Below, piece after piece: positions 26,650 through 40,388 of a stretch of DNA of 64,000 nt. The position numbers were made by a program, and so were the translations under genes. How positions within the stretch are numbered: position 1 is the stretch's first letter; the number at the start of each line of letters is the position of its first letter. Under the pieces are notes generated by a model. The model saw nothing but the letters and a program-made list of their open reading frames with translations. It had not been told where the DNA came from and searched no databases. Origin of the DNA: the human T2T-CHM13v2.0 reference genome, Homo sapiens; NCBI RefSeq assembly GCF_009914755.1, contig NC_060926.1; one strand, 5' to 3'.

Positions 26650-27350
26650 CATGGCCCTAGGAGAGAGAATCGGCTGGCCGCTGCTGGAGCCGCAGAGCAG
26701 CTGCCAAACTGCAGTCCTTCGAGTCCCTGCGAGGGCGGCCGGAGCTGCAAGGACCCCGCCGCCAGGGGGCGCCCGCCGGCCGCGCCCTCACGAGGTGCCC
26801 TTGCAGGTGACCGGGCGCCGCCTCTGGAAGAACGTGTACGACGAGCTGGGGGGCAGCCCAGGCAGCACCAGCGCGGCCACGTGCACGCGCCGCCACTACG
26901 AGAGGTACGGCGGGGCGGGCCCGGGTGCTGGACGCCGCCTACCCTGCGGGGCTTTGGCCGACCTTGCCGGGAGGGCCGGGTGGACTCTGCCCGGAGCGGG
27001 CAGGGTATGCGCCGTCCTCAGAGCTGCGGGAGCCCAGGCTGGCTGGGCGCACTCACTGAGGGAGCTGAAGCTTTGGGACCAGGAGAGGGCCTTCCTCGGC
27101 GCCGGCGGGGAAGGGGGCTCAGAGGAGGCTACAGAGGCCCAGGGAGGGGATGGGCGCCGGCCTCCTGGGGGACATGCGTGGTTCCTCACCAGGCTGGTCC
27201 TGCCATACGTGCGGCACCTGAAGGGGGAGGATGACAAGCCGCTGCCCACCTCCAAGCCCAGGAAACAGTACAAGATGGCTAAGGAGAACAGGGGGGATGA
27301 TGGGGCCACCGAGAGGCCGAAGAAGGCCAAGGAGGAGCGGCGCATGGACC
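26650..27350. promoter_or_regulatory. Intragenic CpG-rich island over exons 5-6
   Basis: Dense CpG in intron 4, exon 5 and intron 5. Confidence 0.6.
26807..26904 (+). CDS. ARID5A: ARID5A coding exon 5 (ARID domain)
   Basis: TTGCAG acceptor; VTGRRLWKNVYDELGGSPGSTSAATCTRRHYE(R); donor GTACGG. Confidence 0.95.
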
Positions 27351-27352
27351 AG
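27193..27352 (+). CDS. ARID5A: ARID5A coding exon 6
   Basis: CACCAG acceptor; LVLPYVRHLKGEDDKPLPTSKPRKQYK...RMDQ; donor GTAGGC. Confidence 0.95.
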
Positions 27353-27717
27353 GTAGGCCTGCGGCTGGCTGGGGCCACCCTGTCCCTTGCCTCTTGTAGC
27401 CCCCTACCCCACAACTCCCTGTGGCCGCGGAGCTGTCTGCTCAGAATACACAGAACCTGCACCCAGGGCGGGACTTGCAAGGTTCCAGGTTCTCCACAGA
27501 TGGTTGTGCAAGTGGACTCTGAACTCCAGCCTGCGCCCACCCACCAGGCACCTGAGGCTGTGTCCACTCAGAGGACAGGGCACCTTTGGAAAATTCTGTA
27601 CAGAGGACTGCAGGGGCTGGCGGGGGACCTGGGCAGGCCTGAAAGTGCCACCTCTTGCTCCTCAGGTCAGGATGTGGGGCTGAGGCAGTCCTGAGGCAAG
27701 ACTTTCTCTCATTCCAG

Positions 27718-28932
27718 ATGATGCCAGGAAAGACCAAAGCAGATGCTGCTGACCCAGCACCACTTCCCAGCCAGGAGCCCCCCAGGAACAGCACAGAACA
27801 GCAGGGCCTGGCCTCTGGGTCTTCTGTGTCCTTTGTGGGTGCCAGCGGCTGTCCTGAGGCCTACAAGCGGCTCCTATCCAGCTTCTACTGCAAGGGGACA
27901 CACGGCATCATGTCACCACTGGCCAAAAAGAAGCTCCTGGCCCAGGTGAGCAAGGTGGAGGCCTTGCAGTGCCAGGAGGAGGGCTGCCGCCATGGGGCAG
28001 AGCCCCAGGCGTCCCCAGCTGTTCACCTCCCAGAGAGTCCCCAGAGCCCCAAAGGGCTGACTGAGAACTCCAGGCACCGGCTGACCCCTCAGGAGGGATT
28101 GCAGGCCCCAGGTGGCAGCCTCAGAGAGGAGGCGCAGGCAGGCCCCTGCCCGGCAGCCCCCATCTTCAAGGGCTGCTTCTACACCCACCCCACCGAGGTG
28201 CTGAAGCCTGTCAGCCAGCACCCCAGGGACTTCTTCTCTAGACTTAAAGATGGGGTGCTATTGGGGCCTCCTGGCAAAGAGGGGCTGTCAGTGAAAGAGC
28301 CCCAGCTGGTGTGGGGCGGAGACGCTAACCGCCCTTCTGCGTTCCATAAAGGTGGCTCCAGAAAGGGCATCCTCTACCCCAAGCCCAAAGCCTGCTGGGT
28401 GTCCCCCATGGCCAAGGTCCCAGCCGAGAGCCCCACGCTCCCGCCCACCTTCCCCAGTAGCCCAGGCCTGGGCAGCAAGCGCAGCCTGGAGGAAGAGGGT
28501 GCTGCCCACAGTGGGAAGAGACTGCGGGCCGTGTCTCCCTTTCTTAAGGAGGCGGATGCCAAGAAGTGTGGGGCCAAACCTGCAGGGTCCGGCCTGGTCT
28601 CCTGCCTTCTGGGCCCAGCCCTGGGGCCTGTGCCCCCAGAGGCCTACAGGGGCACCATGCTGCACTGCCCGCTGAACTTCACTGGCACCCCGGGCCCCTT
28701 GAAGGGCCAGGCTGCACTCCCCTTCAGCCCCCTGGTCATCCCGGCCTTCCCGGCCCACTTCCTGGCCACCGCAGGCCCCTCGCCCATGGCCGCTGGCCTG
28801 ATGCACTTCCCCCCAACGTCCTTCGACAGTGCCCTCCGCCACAGACTTTGCCCGGCCTCATCTGCCTGGCACGCACCACCAGTCACAACCTATGCAGCGC
28901 CCCACTTCTTCCACCTCAACACCAAGCTGTAG
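27718..28932 (+). CDS. ARID5A: ARID5A last coding exon (C-terminal 404 aa)
   Basis: TTCCAG acceptor; MMPGKTK...GIMSPLAKKKLLAQV...HFFHLNTKL-TAG; exon lengths sum to 1785 nt = 594 aa + stop. Confidence 0.96.
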   Translation: MMPGKTKADAADPAPLPSQEPPRNSTEQQGLASGSSVSFVGASGCPEAYKRLLSSFYCKGTHGIMSPLAKKKLLAQVSKVEALQCQEEGCRHGAEPQASPAVHLPESPQSPKGLTENSRHRLTPQEGLQAPGGSLREEAQAGPCPAAPIFKGCFYTHPTEVLKPVSQHPRDFFSRLKDGVLLGPPGKEGLSVKEPQLVWGGDANRPSAFHKGGSRKGILYPKPKACWVSPMAKVPAESPTLPPTFPSSPGLGSKRSLEEEGAAHSGKRLRAVSPFLKEADAKKCGAKPAGSGLVSCLLGPALGPVPPEAYRGTMLHCPLNFTGTPGPLKGQAALPFSPLVIPAFPAHFLATAGPSPMAAGLMHFPPTSFDSALRHRLCPASSAWHAPPVTTYAAPHFFHLNTKL

Positions 28933-29227
28933 GCCAGCCCATGGTGTTGTGTACACTGTGGAGTCGACAGGGGCCTACAACAGGCAGGTACTGCTGCCAG
29001 GGGGCTCTGAACTAGTGCCTGCTACCCAGGACACCCGGGCCATGCCCCTGGCTGGGCAGCCTGGCACAAGTGAAGAAGAAGGCAGTGGGAAAACTGGGTT
29101 TATCTCAAGGCAGCAGCCTGAGCCCAGGAGCAGAGGACCCAGTTGTTATAAGGCGCTGGGAGAGGATGGGCAGCTCCCACTGCCCCAGAGCGGAGCTCGA
29201 AGCACCCAGGTTGCCCACGGAAAATCC

Positions 29228-29280
29228 AATAAAAAGACACCAGTGTGAATCCACGTAGCCCTGAGGTGTGTGTGGTATGG
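29228..29280 (+). terminator. ARID5A: ARID5A polyadenylation signal and downstream GU-rich element
   Basis: AATAAA 29228-29233, ~300 nt after the stop; GTGTGTGTGGTATG ~35 nt downstream. Confidence 0.85.
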
Positions 29281-30459
29281 GCCTTTGCAACGGCAGGCAA
29301 GGCGGGGGTGAGCTTGTGGGTGGGGCTGCCATTAGGGGGCCAAGGAGGTGGACCTGAACGCCACTACCCCACTGAAGAGCGGGCCCAAAGCAAACCCCAG
29401 CCTCTGCCGTTTAGGCAGCCTCTAACATCTGTCCTTGCCTTCAGTCCAGTTTCCTAGTTGAGCTTCAGGGAATGCTTGCTGCCTTCCTCATTGTGGAGAT
29501 GGGGATTGGAGGTCCTGGGAGGGTCGGTGACTTGCCCAGGTTCCCCTGGCAGGAGGGGCAGGGGAGGGCTGCACAGGCTGTGTGACTCCCGTGCTCTGAG
29601 CGGGACCCCAGGCTGTTACCAGTGCCCCTGGGGGGTTGGGGGTGTGACCAGGAAGCCTGAGTTGGTCTGCGTTGGTGGTGGATGTAGATTTCTGGGGCCT
29701 GCAGCTGAGCCCTCTCTGCAGCCCCACCCCACTTGCCTGAACCGCATGGACAGACCAGAATGACCACTGGATTGAAATCACCGGAGGTGCCTGGAGGGAA
29801 AGGGGAGCAAATCCACTGGTCTGGGCCTGGGTGTCTGCATCGGTAACAAGCCCCTGCAGTTTCAGATGTGGTTGCCCCAGGGCTCATATTAGAATCCCTG
29901 CGGCTTGACGCCCTGCTTCCTGCAGGCCGGATGGGAGCAGGGCCTTGGCTCAGGAGGAGGGAGGGTGGGTTCTTTTCAGAGGCACTGTCCCCTCCCTCCA
30001 CAAGCAGCCTGCACCCAAACAGCTTCACATGTAGTCCTGGAAAAGTGGGGCTACTGCTGGCCAAGCAGAGGGCAGATGTCGGGGCTACAGGTGTGAGCAG
30101 GTCAGTGGGTGACACGCACCACTGGAACTTACCCTGGCCGCTGGGGCTGGGATGCTCATGAACTCCGGCCATGGGAAGGGCCCCCATAGGTTGCAGGTAG
30201 AGAGGCCAAGGCCGGGGATGGGCAGGGTCTTGCTTGCCCAAGGCTACCATCCACGATGACAGAACCCAGACCAGGGAACGTGCAGCATGCCTGGCACCAG
30301 GGAGTGGGTGGCCAGGCCAAAAGGGCACCCTATCCAGCCCCTGCCCCTGGCCACCTCCTTCAGGAGCAGCCTGTGGAGGAGAGCTCAGGCACCTTCCAAG
30401 CGAGGCCTGTGACGGGTGGAGGGGCAAAGAGTGGTGCTCCCTGCTGTTGAGAGCACTCA

Positions 30460-31068
<609 letters not shown>

Positions 31069-32193
31069 CTACGAAGCAACATTGGCCTGGCCCTGGCACA
31101 AAGATGGGCAGGCGGCCCGTCAGCAGGACTTGAGGGCAGGCAGCTCAGCGCTGCGATCACGGCGCCCTCTGGAGGCCGATCTGAAGAATGCACTTCCCGT
31201 GGGACGTCTGTCCTGGGCAGGTGGGCGCCCTGGGCAGGACGCAGGGGACCCTGCTTTGGCACAGATGCTAGAGCCGGATGTAGTCATGCTTCCAGGGCAC
31301 CCTCTGGGCCCAGTGCCCCACAGCCCGGTACTAGCTGTACCCGATTCTCGGAGGGTAGCGTCCTGGCTCACAACCCGCCTGAATGGTGGGGTCCCGTCAG
31401 TGCCTCTGATTCCTCAGTGAGCAGAGACTGAGGACAAGTACCAGGGCTGGAGACCTGAGGTTGAGGGGAGGAGGGGACGAGAATGAGTGATCTCAGACGG
31501 GAGCACCGCCATGCCCTGGGGCCTCTGGGAAGCACTAGGTTCCACCTGAGGTTGGTGGCACGGGTTTTGGGTTTCGGCGGGACCAGGCCACAAGCTGTGT
31601 GACGATTCGGAGTAGGGGAGAGTCAGGTTCCACCGAGGAGGCACTGGGCCGGGACAGTCTGGCACAGCAGAGCGGGACAGGGAGCTGAGGCGAGTGCAGG
31701 GAGCCAGGCCAGTGGAAGGCCTGGAGTCCAGGCTGGGTGCGGGGAGCCAAGGACGGTTGGCGGGACTGATGCAGCGCAGTGGGGCTCCGAGAACCGCAGG
31801 ACTCAAGGAGGTGGCCTGGGGATAAGAGGCATGGCTGACGTTCCCTGTACCTGGGTGCACTCGTGGGAGTGAGTGGAGGAGAGCAGGCCAAGGAACGAAG
31901 GGGCTGGGGCGTGGGAATCCTTGGAGTCACCGCCTTTGTGCCAAGGTCAGGCAAGAAGTGGGGAGGAGGGGCTCGGGGTCCACAGCAAGGCCACGATGCA
32001 GGGGCAGCAACATGGGCTGGCAGCAACCCCCACCTCGGGACAGCGTGGAGAAGCGACCTGCACTGGAGGGAGCTGAGGGAGTGGTCTCAGGGTGGGCACA
32101 GCCATGGGCTGGCAGGGGAGGAAGCAGAGGGGCAACTGGGAGCCCAGGCAGGGAAGTGAGAGACCTCCACCACTCAGCAAAGGTTTACCCTCA

Positions 32194-33092
<899 letters not shown>

Positions 33093-34222
33093 GAAGAAAG
33101 AAAAGAAAGAAATCAGCACGTGCTACACATCAGGGCTCCCCCCGCCCCCAGCCAGGGGTCAATCACCTAACAGCACGCACTGCCGACTCAGCTCCAACTG
33201 CCTTCTCTCCCTGGGGTCCCGCTTCAGGATGCATTGTGAGGGGAGAATCTTATCTGAGGCCTCTGCTTACCCGGTAACCTCTGAGGCTGTTACCTCAGAG
33301 GAGGTGTGTCTTCCGTAGACCAAGACAGTAGCTGCTGTGCTGGGTGACGCCAGGTGCATACCCTTCTCTTGGCCTCCATTCCCTCACCTGTGATATGGAA
33401 ATGAGTCACTCCTACCTCAAGAGTGGTGGGCATTTAGTGAAAGTGCTCTGTAAACTAAAGTTCTGATGAATGTGGATCATCACCTCCTTCCCCACCAGCA
33501 GTTCTGCTCTACCAGCCTGACCGCCCCGTGCCCTGCCCTTTACCTCACTGCTTTTTAACATTCCCGCTCTCCCGCCTGGCTTCTGACTCACAGTCACACT
33601 GAACTTTGGATCCTGTCAGCATCTGAGTCAAGTATGGCAAGTCACTTCCCCCCAGGTATCAACTTTGACTGATGGTGGCTGTCTGCAGCTTGGGGCTGAC
33701 TCAGTGTGACAGTGATGCAATTGATTAGTAATGTCTGCCAAGGCCACAGGCAGCGGTGCGGAGGCTCACCAGCCACTTAGTTGCCATCTCTGTCTACATG
33801 CATGATGATCTAATCGTGCCTGATGATGGTCTGTCTGATGTAGGTCCTGACCTCACTGCCACATCTTAGCCACAGCTCCTGTGCAGAGCTGCCTAGTTTC
33901 TCTCCCACATGAGCAAGGGTTGTGGAGGAGCAGGTCTTGGATTGGGCAGTCAAATCCTTGGCCTTGAGCTACAGAGTTTGATCCCTGGGTAGTCGTCAGG
34001 GAGGCTGCCTCTTGGGAGAAACCCAGGTAGGCTGTCCAAAAACCAGAAAGGTCTTTCCACAGCAGCTGGAGAGGGATGATCTAGGATCCACACCAATAGG
34101 ATAGAGTATAAGTGGAACAATTCTGGTGTCATTTGTAGAGTAACTGCAGTGCTTTTGAGCTGGGGCCTGTGGCCTTGAGTATGGGGATAATCAGTAGATG
34201 ATAAATTTTTTAAATCATTTCA

Positions 34223-34519
<297 letters not shown>

Positions 34520-35747
34520 TCATTTCAAAGTCCAGCTCTGATCAGCTCACCCCTCTGCATAAACCTGGTCCATGACCTTCCACTGACCTCAAGTTAAAAC
34601 CCAAATGCCTCAGTCTGGAAGGCTCTTCATGGGCTCTGCTTCCTTCCCCAGGCTCCTGGCTCACCTCCACCCCACCCTCCACCACCCACAGCACCCAAAC
34701 CCCTGCAGTTTCTGTCTTGGCTGATCCCTGAGGCCCCACTCCAGCTCCCTGGCCTGCCTGGCTGTCCCTCAACTATAGAAGGACATGCCACTCCTTTCAC
34801 CCGAAAAACATGTCACTGCTCCCACTTTTCCTTCCAGCCTCTCAGAAGTTTCTTCCTCCAGGAAGCCTTCCTGGCTTAGGTACCCATCCCGTGTGCCCCT
34901 ACAGCATCCAGTGCTTCTCCACCCGCCACTGTGGACCCATGACTTCCTGCATCCCTGCCTTCCCAGACTGTCAACTCCCTGAGGGCAATTCACGATTCCC
35001 GTTCACCACCAACCCCAAGTTATACCTAGCCCCATACGACAGGGGTCCCTTCCTTTCTTTTCTTTTCACCTAAATTATTTTGGTACATGTGCCCACTAGC
35101 AACATTCAGAAACATCCCTGGTATTCCTCCGCGTCCCAGTGGTTCCCAGAGGGCTCCTGCATGCTCAGGAGGCAGCCCCAGGTTCTTTCCCACTGCATTT
35201 GCCCAGATCGCTCTGGCCCTGGGGAGGAGCGGCTCTTCCCACCAATAACCTCCGCCACATTCCCATCTGGCTTTGGAGAAGGGAGAGAACCCGCCCTTGA
35301 TTCTTCCTTCAGAAATACAGCCACACCCCGTCCCTTCCCCTCCCCACCCTGCACACACCCATGAGACCGAGCAGGGACATTTAATAAGGTTTTACTAAAG
35401 TTTCTGGAAAGCAGCAGAAGGGACTCAAAACAAGGACACAACCCACAACTGCTTCTTGAAGCTGCCTCAACCCCAGCTATGCAGCACATGCCACACCCAG
35501 TTCCTGACGTGGGTCCGCATCAGAGTCTAGACCTCCAGACACCACCTGCAGCTCCAGGAGGCTCCACACGTTGGAACTCACTACTCAGAGAAAGGAGGAA
35601 GGCTCGTTTTCCTCCACCCTCATTGGGGGCTTTTCTCTAAATCCTCATTTCTAGGATCGACCTCCTAGCTGTTGGTCGACAGTGCCTGACCAATGGTGAA
35701 AATGCTTGAATATCTCCTCTGCTGAGAAGCAGCCATCCAAATCAAAA

Positions 35748-36490
35748 TGGTGGGTTTGGGTTGACTTCTGCCACTCCCCCACACTGACCCCCGCAATATG
35801 TTGAAGTCCTAACCCCCAGCACTTCAGAATGTGGCCTTATTTGGGAATAGGGTTGTTGCAGGTGTAATTTGTTAAGATGAGGTCACAGTGAAGTAGCGTG
35901 GACCCTCATTCACTATGACCGGCATCCTTGTAAGGAGATAGCCGTGTGAAGACATGAACACAGGGAGAGTGCCACGTGAAGACAGGACTGGAGCGACGCG
36001 GCTGCAAGGAATGCCCGAGATTGCCAGCAAACCAGCCGCAGCCAGGAAGAGGCAAGGAAGGATTCCCCTCCAGGAGCATGGCTCTGTCAACACTGTGGCC
36101 TCCAGAACTGGGAAAGTAGAAATATCTGTTGTTTTATTGATTTACTTTTGAGACTGGGTCTCGCTCTGTTGCCCAGGCTGGAGTGCAGTGGTGTGATCTT
36201 GGCTCACTGCGGCCTCAACCTCACAGGCTCAGGTGATCCTCCCACCTCAGCCTCCTGAGTAGCTGGGACCACAGGCATGTGCCACTACACCTAATTTTGC
36301 ATTTTTTTTGTAGAGATGGGCTCTCACTATGTTGCCCAGGCTGGCCTCAAACTCCTGAGCTCAAGCAATCCACCCACCTTGGCCTCCCCAAGTGCTGGGA
36401 TTCCAAGCATGAGCTATGCACCTACCTCTGTTGTTTTAAACCACCTGGTTTGAGGTACTTTGTCATGGCAGCCCTGGGAAACAAGTGCAG
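35748..36490 (+). mobile_element. MLT1-family (MaLR) LTR interrupted by an antisense Alu at ~36131-36425
   Basis: ATATGTTGAAGTCCTAACCCCCAG...CCTTATTTGGGAATAGGG...TTGTTTTAAACCACC...GGCAGCCCTGGGAAAC. Confidence 0.8.
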
Positions 36491-37031
36491 TGATATTCAA
36501 GGGATGACATACCTGTCTGCAGGATGAACACGAATCACAATCAATACCACTTTCCAGGAGGCAACGAGAATGCACATAGGCAGGACAATAATATTTATTC
36601 CGTACTGACTTTGCTCCAGGCTTGGTGCTAGGCAGGTCCCAGGAGTTATTTCTTCTCACAGCCCCCTTGGGAGAAAGTTCTGTTCTCATCCCGGGTTCCA
36701 CAGGATGAGGCTAAGGGAGATTGAGTTGCCCGAGGTCACTGGCAAGAAAAGGGACAAGATCTGAACCCCAAGAGCCCAGTGCTTCACAATGCTAAGATGC
36801 AGGGACTGTGGCTCAAGGACGATGGGCTAGTAGGAGAAGCCAGAGAGGGACTTCAGATGGTCTGCCATGGCTGGATTCTTAGCTTTCCTCCAGTTTAAGT
36901 GTGTTGGCAGGATCTGCCCTTTTCAGCCCGTCTTCAGTTTCTCTATTCTGCTTCTCTGAGGAGGAGCTGAGGAGTAAACTGCTAATGCGTGCAAGCGTGT
37001 GTGTGCTGTGCGTTTGCATGTGTAGCTGTAA

Positions 37032-37502
<471 letters not shown>

Positions 37503-37781
37503 TTACAAATATATAGTGAGATGGAATTTAAAAAAAAACAGTGCTACACATTGCTGTTGAGAGTATAATTTACCACAGGCCTCTTGCATATTTCAAGAGC
37601 TGTAAAAATATTCATCCCATTTGACGGCAGTCCCGCTTCTGGGAATTTATTGTAGAAAATGATTGGAGATGCTCAGCAATGGAAGAAGGGGTGCAGAGGT
37701 GACAACCAAGTCTCGGGTAAGAAGACTGCATTTGTGGTGTTGAAATTATGAACAGGAGGACTATGTAGCAAAATGGAAAAC

Positions 37782-37832
37782 ATATATATATTATATATAC
37801 ACACACACACACATACACATTCATAATATATA
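37782..37832. repeat. (TA)n/(CA)n microsatellite
   Basis: Dinucleotide runs. Confidence 0.85.
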
Positions 37833-38368
37833 TCATGTGTTATTTCTATTACTTTTAAAGTGAGCATTCAGCAGTAGTCGTTGAATGCAAGCAGCAAGAA
37901 CCATCTGGGTAATTTAAGCCAGAAAAAGGGGATGTGTAGGGAGTACACAGTGTCTCACAGTCTTGAAGGACTGGACAAAGATCAGGCCTTGGAAAGCACA
38001 GGCCAGATCAGTGCATGGAGATGGAGGGGCAGAGATGGGGCAAGTCTCCTTGGGGAGGTGGGGTCAGAACGAATTGGTGCCCACCATCTCTGCCCTGTGT
38101 CCCTAGGCTCAAGGAGTGTGACTAGACGCTTGGTCAGGAGCATCGCTGGGGACAGTGTGGCAGACCCTGCTAACTGTCCATCTCACATCCATTTCCCACT
38201 TTGTCCTTGCTAACAGAATCCCAGCTTGGTTCAGAGCACGACCCCAGGTAACAGGACATGAGTGGTGGAGGCCTCACACGGTTTGGCCAATCATTAACAA
38301 TTCTGTCCCCCACATCCCCCACCACCTTGGCAGCTAGGAGCCACATGGCCCAGCTCCAGCCAGTGAGA

Positions 38369-38750
38369 TGTTATGGACCAAACTGTGTTCCTCACAGTCA
38401 GATGCTGAAGCCCTAACCCCTAATATGGCTGCATGTGGACTTAGGGCCTTTAACAAGGCAATTAAGGTTAAATGAGGTCATAAATAAGGTTAAATGGGGC
38501 CAAATCTGATAGGACTGGTGTCCTTATAAGAAGAGAAGACACCAGAACTCACTCTCTTGCACATGAGCAGAGAGGACGAAGCAAGAAGGCATCTGTCTGC
38601 AAGCCTAGAAGACAAGCTTCCTCCAAAACCAACCCTGCCAGCATCTTGAACTTACACTTCCGACTTCTAAAACTATGAGAAAATAAGTGACTGCTGTTTC
38701 AGCCACCCAGTCTACGGTGTTCTGTTTGGCAGCCCGAGCTGACTAATGCA
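38369..38750 (+). mobile_element. MaLR LTR (MLT1A/MST-like)
   Basis: TGTTATGGAC...GAAGCCCTAACCCC...GGCAGCCCGAGCTGACTAA. Confidence 0.78.
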
Positions 38751-39194
38751 AGATCTAAGGGATATCTGCTGGGAGGGACTTCCACATTCCGGGGAGCTTT
38801 ATCCCATGGAGAATCACTCCCCAACGGGTGCACGGGTGCATCCTCATCAAGGAGCCTCCAACACTCACCCCACTGAATTTCAAAGCTGCCAGGGACCAGT
38901 GGCTCTTAGGTGCCTCCCGCGTTCCCCTTTTTGAATAGGAATGTCCACTGCAGTTATCCTATGCCGGTCCCACCACTGTGGTTGAACATGTCAGGGATAG
39001 ATAAAAATTCCTTTTAGTTCACAAGTCTTTGGATATAGAACTACTATACTTGAGAAATTATGCCCAAGAAGCCTCATCCACATCTGGTGACATCTTCAGG
39101 TAAATGATGACATCCTGGATTTTAAGCCAATGCTGGAAAGGGTAAGGCTTCTGGGGAATCTTTAAACAGGGTGAGTATATTCTGTATATGGGAC

Positions 39195-39696
39195 TGTAGG
39201 CAGAATAACAGCCTCCTAAAGATGTCCACATCCTAATCCCCAGGACCTATGACTATATTAGGGGGCATGGCAAAGGGGAATTCCGGTTGCAGATGAAATT
39301 ATGGTTGCTGGATATGAATAGACTATCCTGGATTGTCAAGAAAATACTGGGTGGGCCCAATGTCACATGAGCGTCCTTAAGAGTGGAAGAACAAGGTGGG
39401 AGAAAGAGACTCAAAAGGCAGCAGAGGAAGGACTTGGCCCAGCATTGCTGGCTTTGAAGACAGAAGAAGGAGCCACAAGCCAAGGAATGTGGGTGCCTCT
39501 TAGAAGCTGTAAGTCAAGCAGACAGATTCTCCCCTAGACCCTCCAGCAGGAACACAGTCCTACTGACACCTGATTCTAGCGCTGTGAGACCCATACTGGA
39601 CTTCGGACCTCCAGAACTGCAATATAATAAATTCGTGTTGTTTTAGGTCACTAGGCTTGTGGTAATTTATTAGAGCAGAAATAGAAGACTAATACA
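39195..39696 (+). mobile_element. MaLR LTR (MLT1D-like)
   Basis: TGTAGGCAGAATAACAGCCTCCTAAAGATGTCCACATCCTAATCCC...AATAGAAGACTAATACA. Confidence 0.8.
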
Positions 39697-40103
39697 GTGA
39701 GGGGTGTAAATAATCTGTGGCCAGCAGGCAGACTGTGGTAGCGGAAAATATGCCCACAAAATCTTGTACTCCTTTCAGAAAGTGGAGCCTAATTCCCTTC
39801 CTCTTGAGTGTGGGCTGGAATTAGTGACTCATCTAACTAATGAACTGATAAAATAAGGCAGAAGTGATGGTGTGTGACTTCTGATACCAGATCACAAAAG
39901 GAGCAGCTTAATGGAAGTCTGGGACAGCTCCCCATGCCATCGTGGGCTCAGAAATGGACGTACTAACTTAGGGACACCCATGTCAAACAAAGACCACACC
40001 AACAGCTTATGAAAACCAATGAGTGATTTGGAAATGATCAGAGGGATCTGATGAATGGTTTGTTTTACAACTTACATCACTTGGCAAGCAGTTTTATAAG
40101 AAA

Positions 40104-40388
40104 TAGTTGTCCCTCAGTATACATGGGGAATTGGTTCCAGGACTCTCCCCCCATACCAAAATCCGTGCATGGCCAAGTCCAGAAGTTTGCCCTGCAGATC
40201 CCTCCTATATAAAAATTCTGCCCTCTGACGAGGCGAGTTTTTGCATCTTGAGAATACTGCATCTTCCACCTGTATTTGTTTGCAGATAGGGAATCAGTAA
40301 ATACCAAGAGCCGACTACATCTTTTGAAAAAAATCAAAATATAAGCGGACCCAAGCGCTTCAAACCCATGTTGTTCAAGGGTCAACTG
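40104..40388. mobile_element. TcMar-Tigger MITE (MER8/MER2-group)
   Basis: Terminal inverted repeats AGTTGTCCCT ... AGGGTCAACT. Confidence 0.75.

Noticed and set aside
25807-27234. 475-aa ORF overlapping exons 3-6
   Set aside because: GTG start in intron 2; in frame only with exon 4; runs through unspliced GC-rich introns
28933-29250. ARE or Regnase/Roquin stem-loop in the ARID5A 3'UTR
   Set aside because: No AUUUA; only a weak GUGU/ACAC hairpin at ~28944 without the Py-Pu-Py triloop
33278-33301. 9-bp hairpin CCTCTGAGG-N6-CCTCAGAGG
   Set aside because: Within chance expectation for 64 kb; no supporting context
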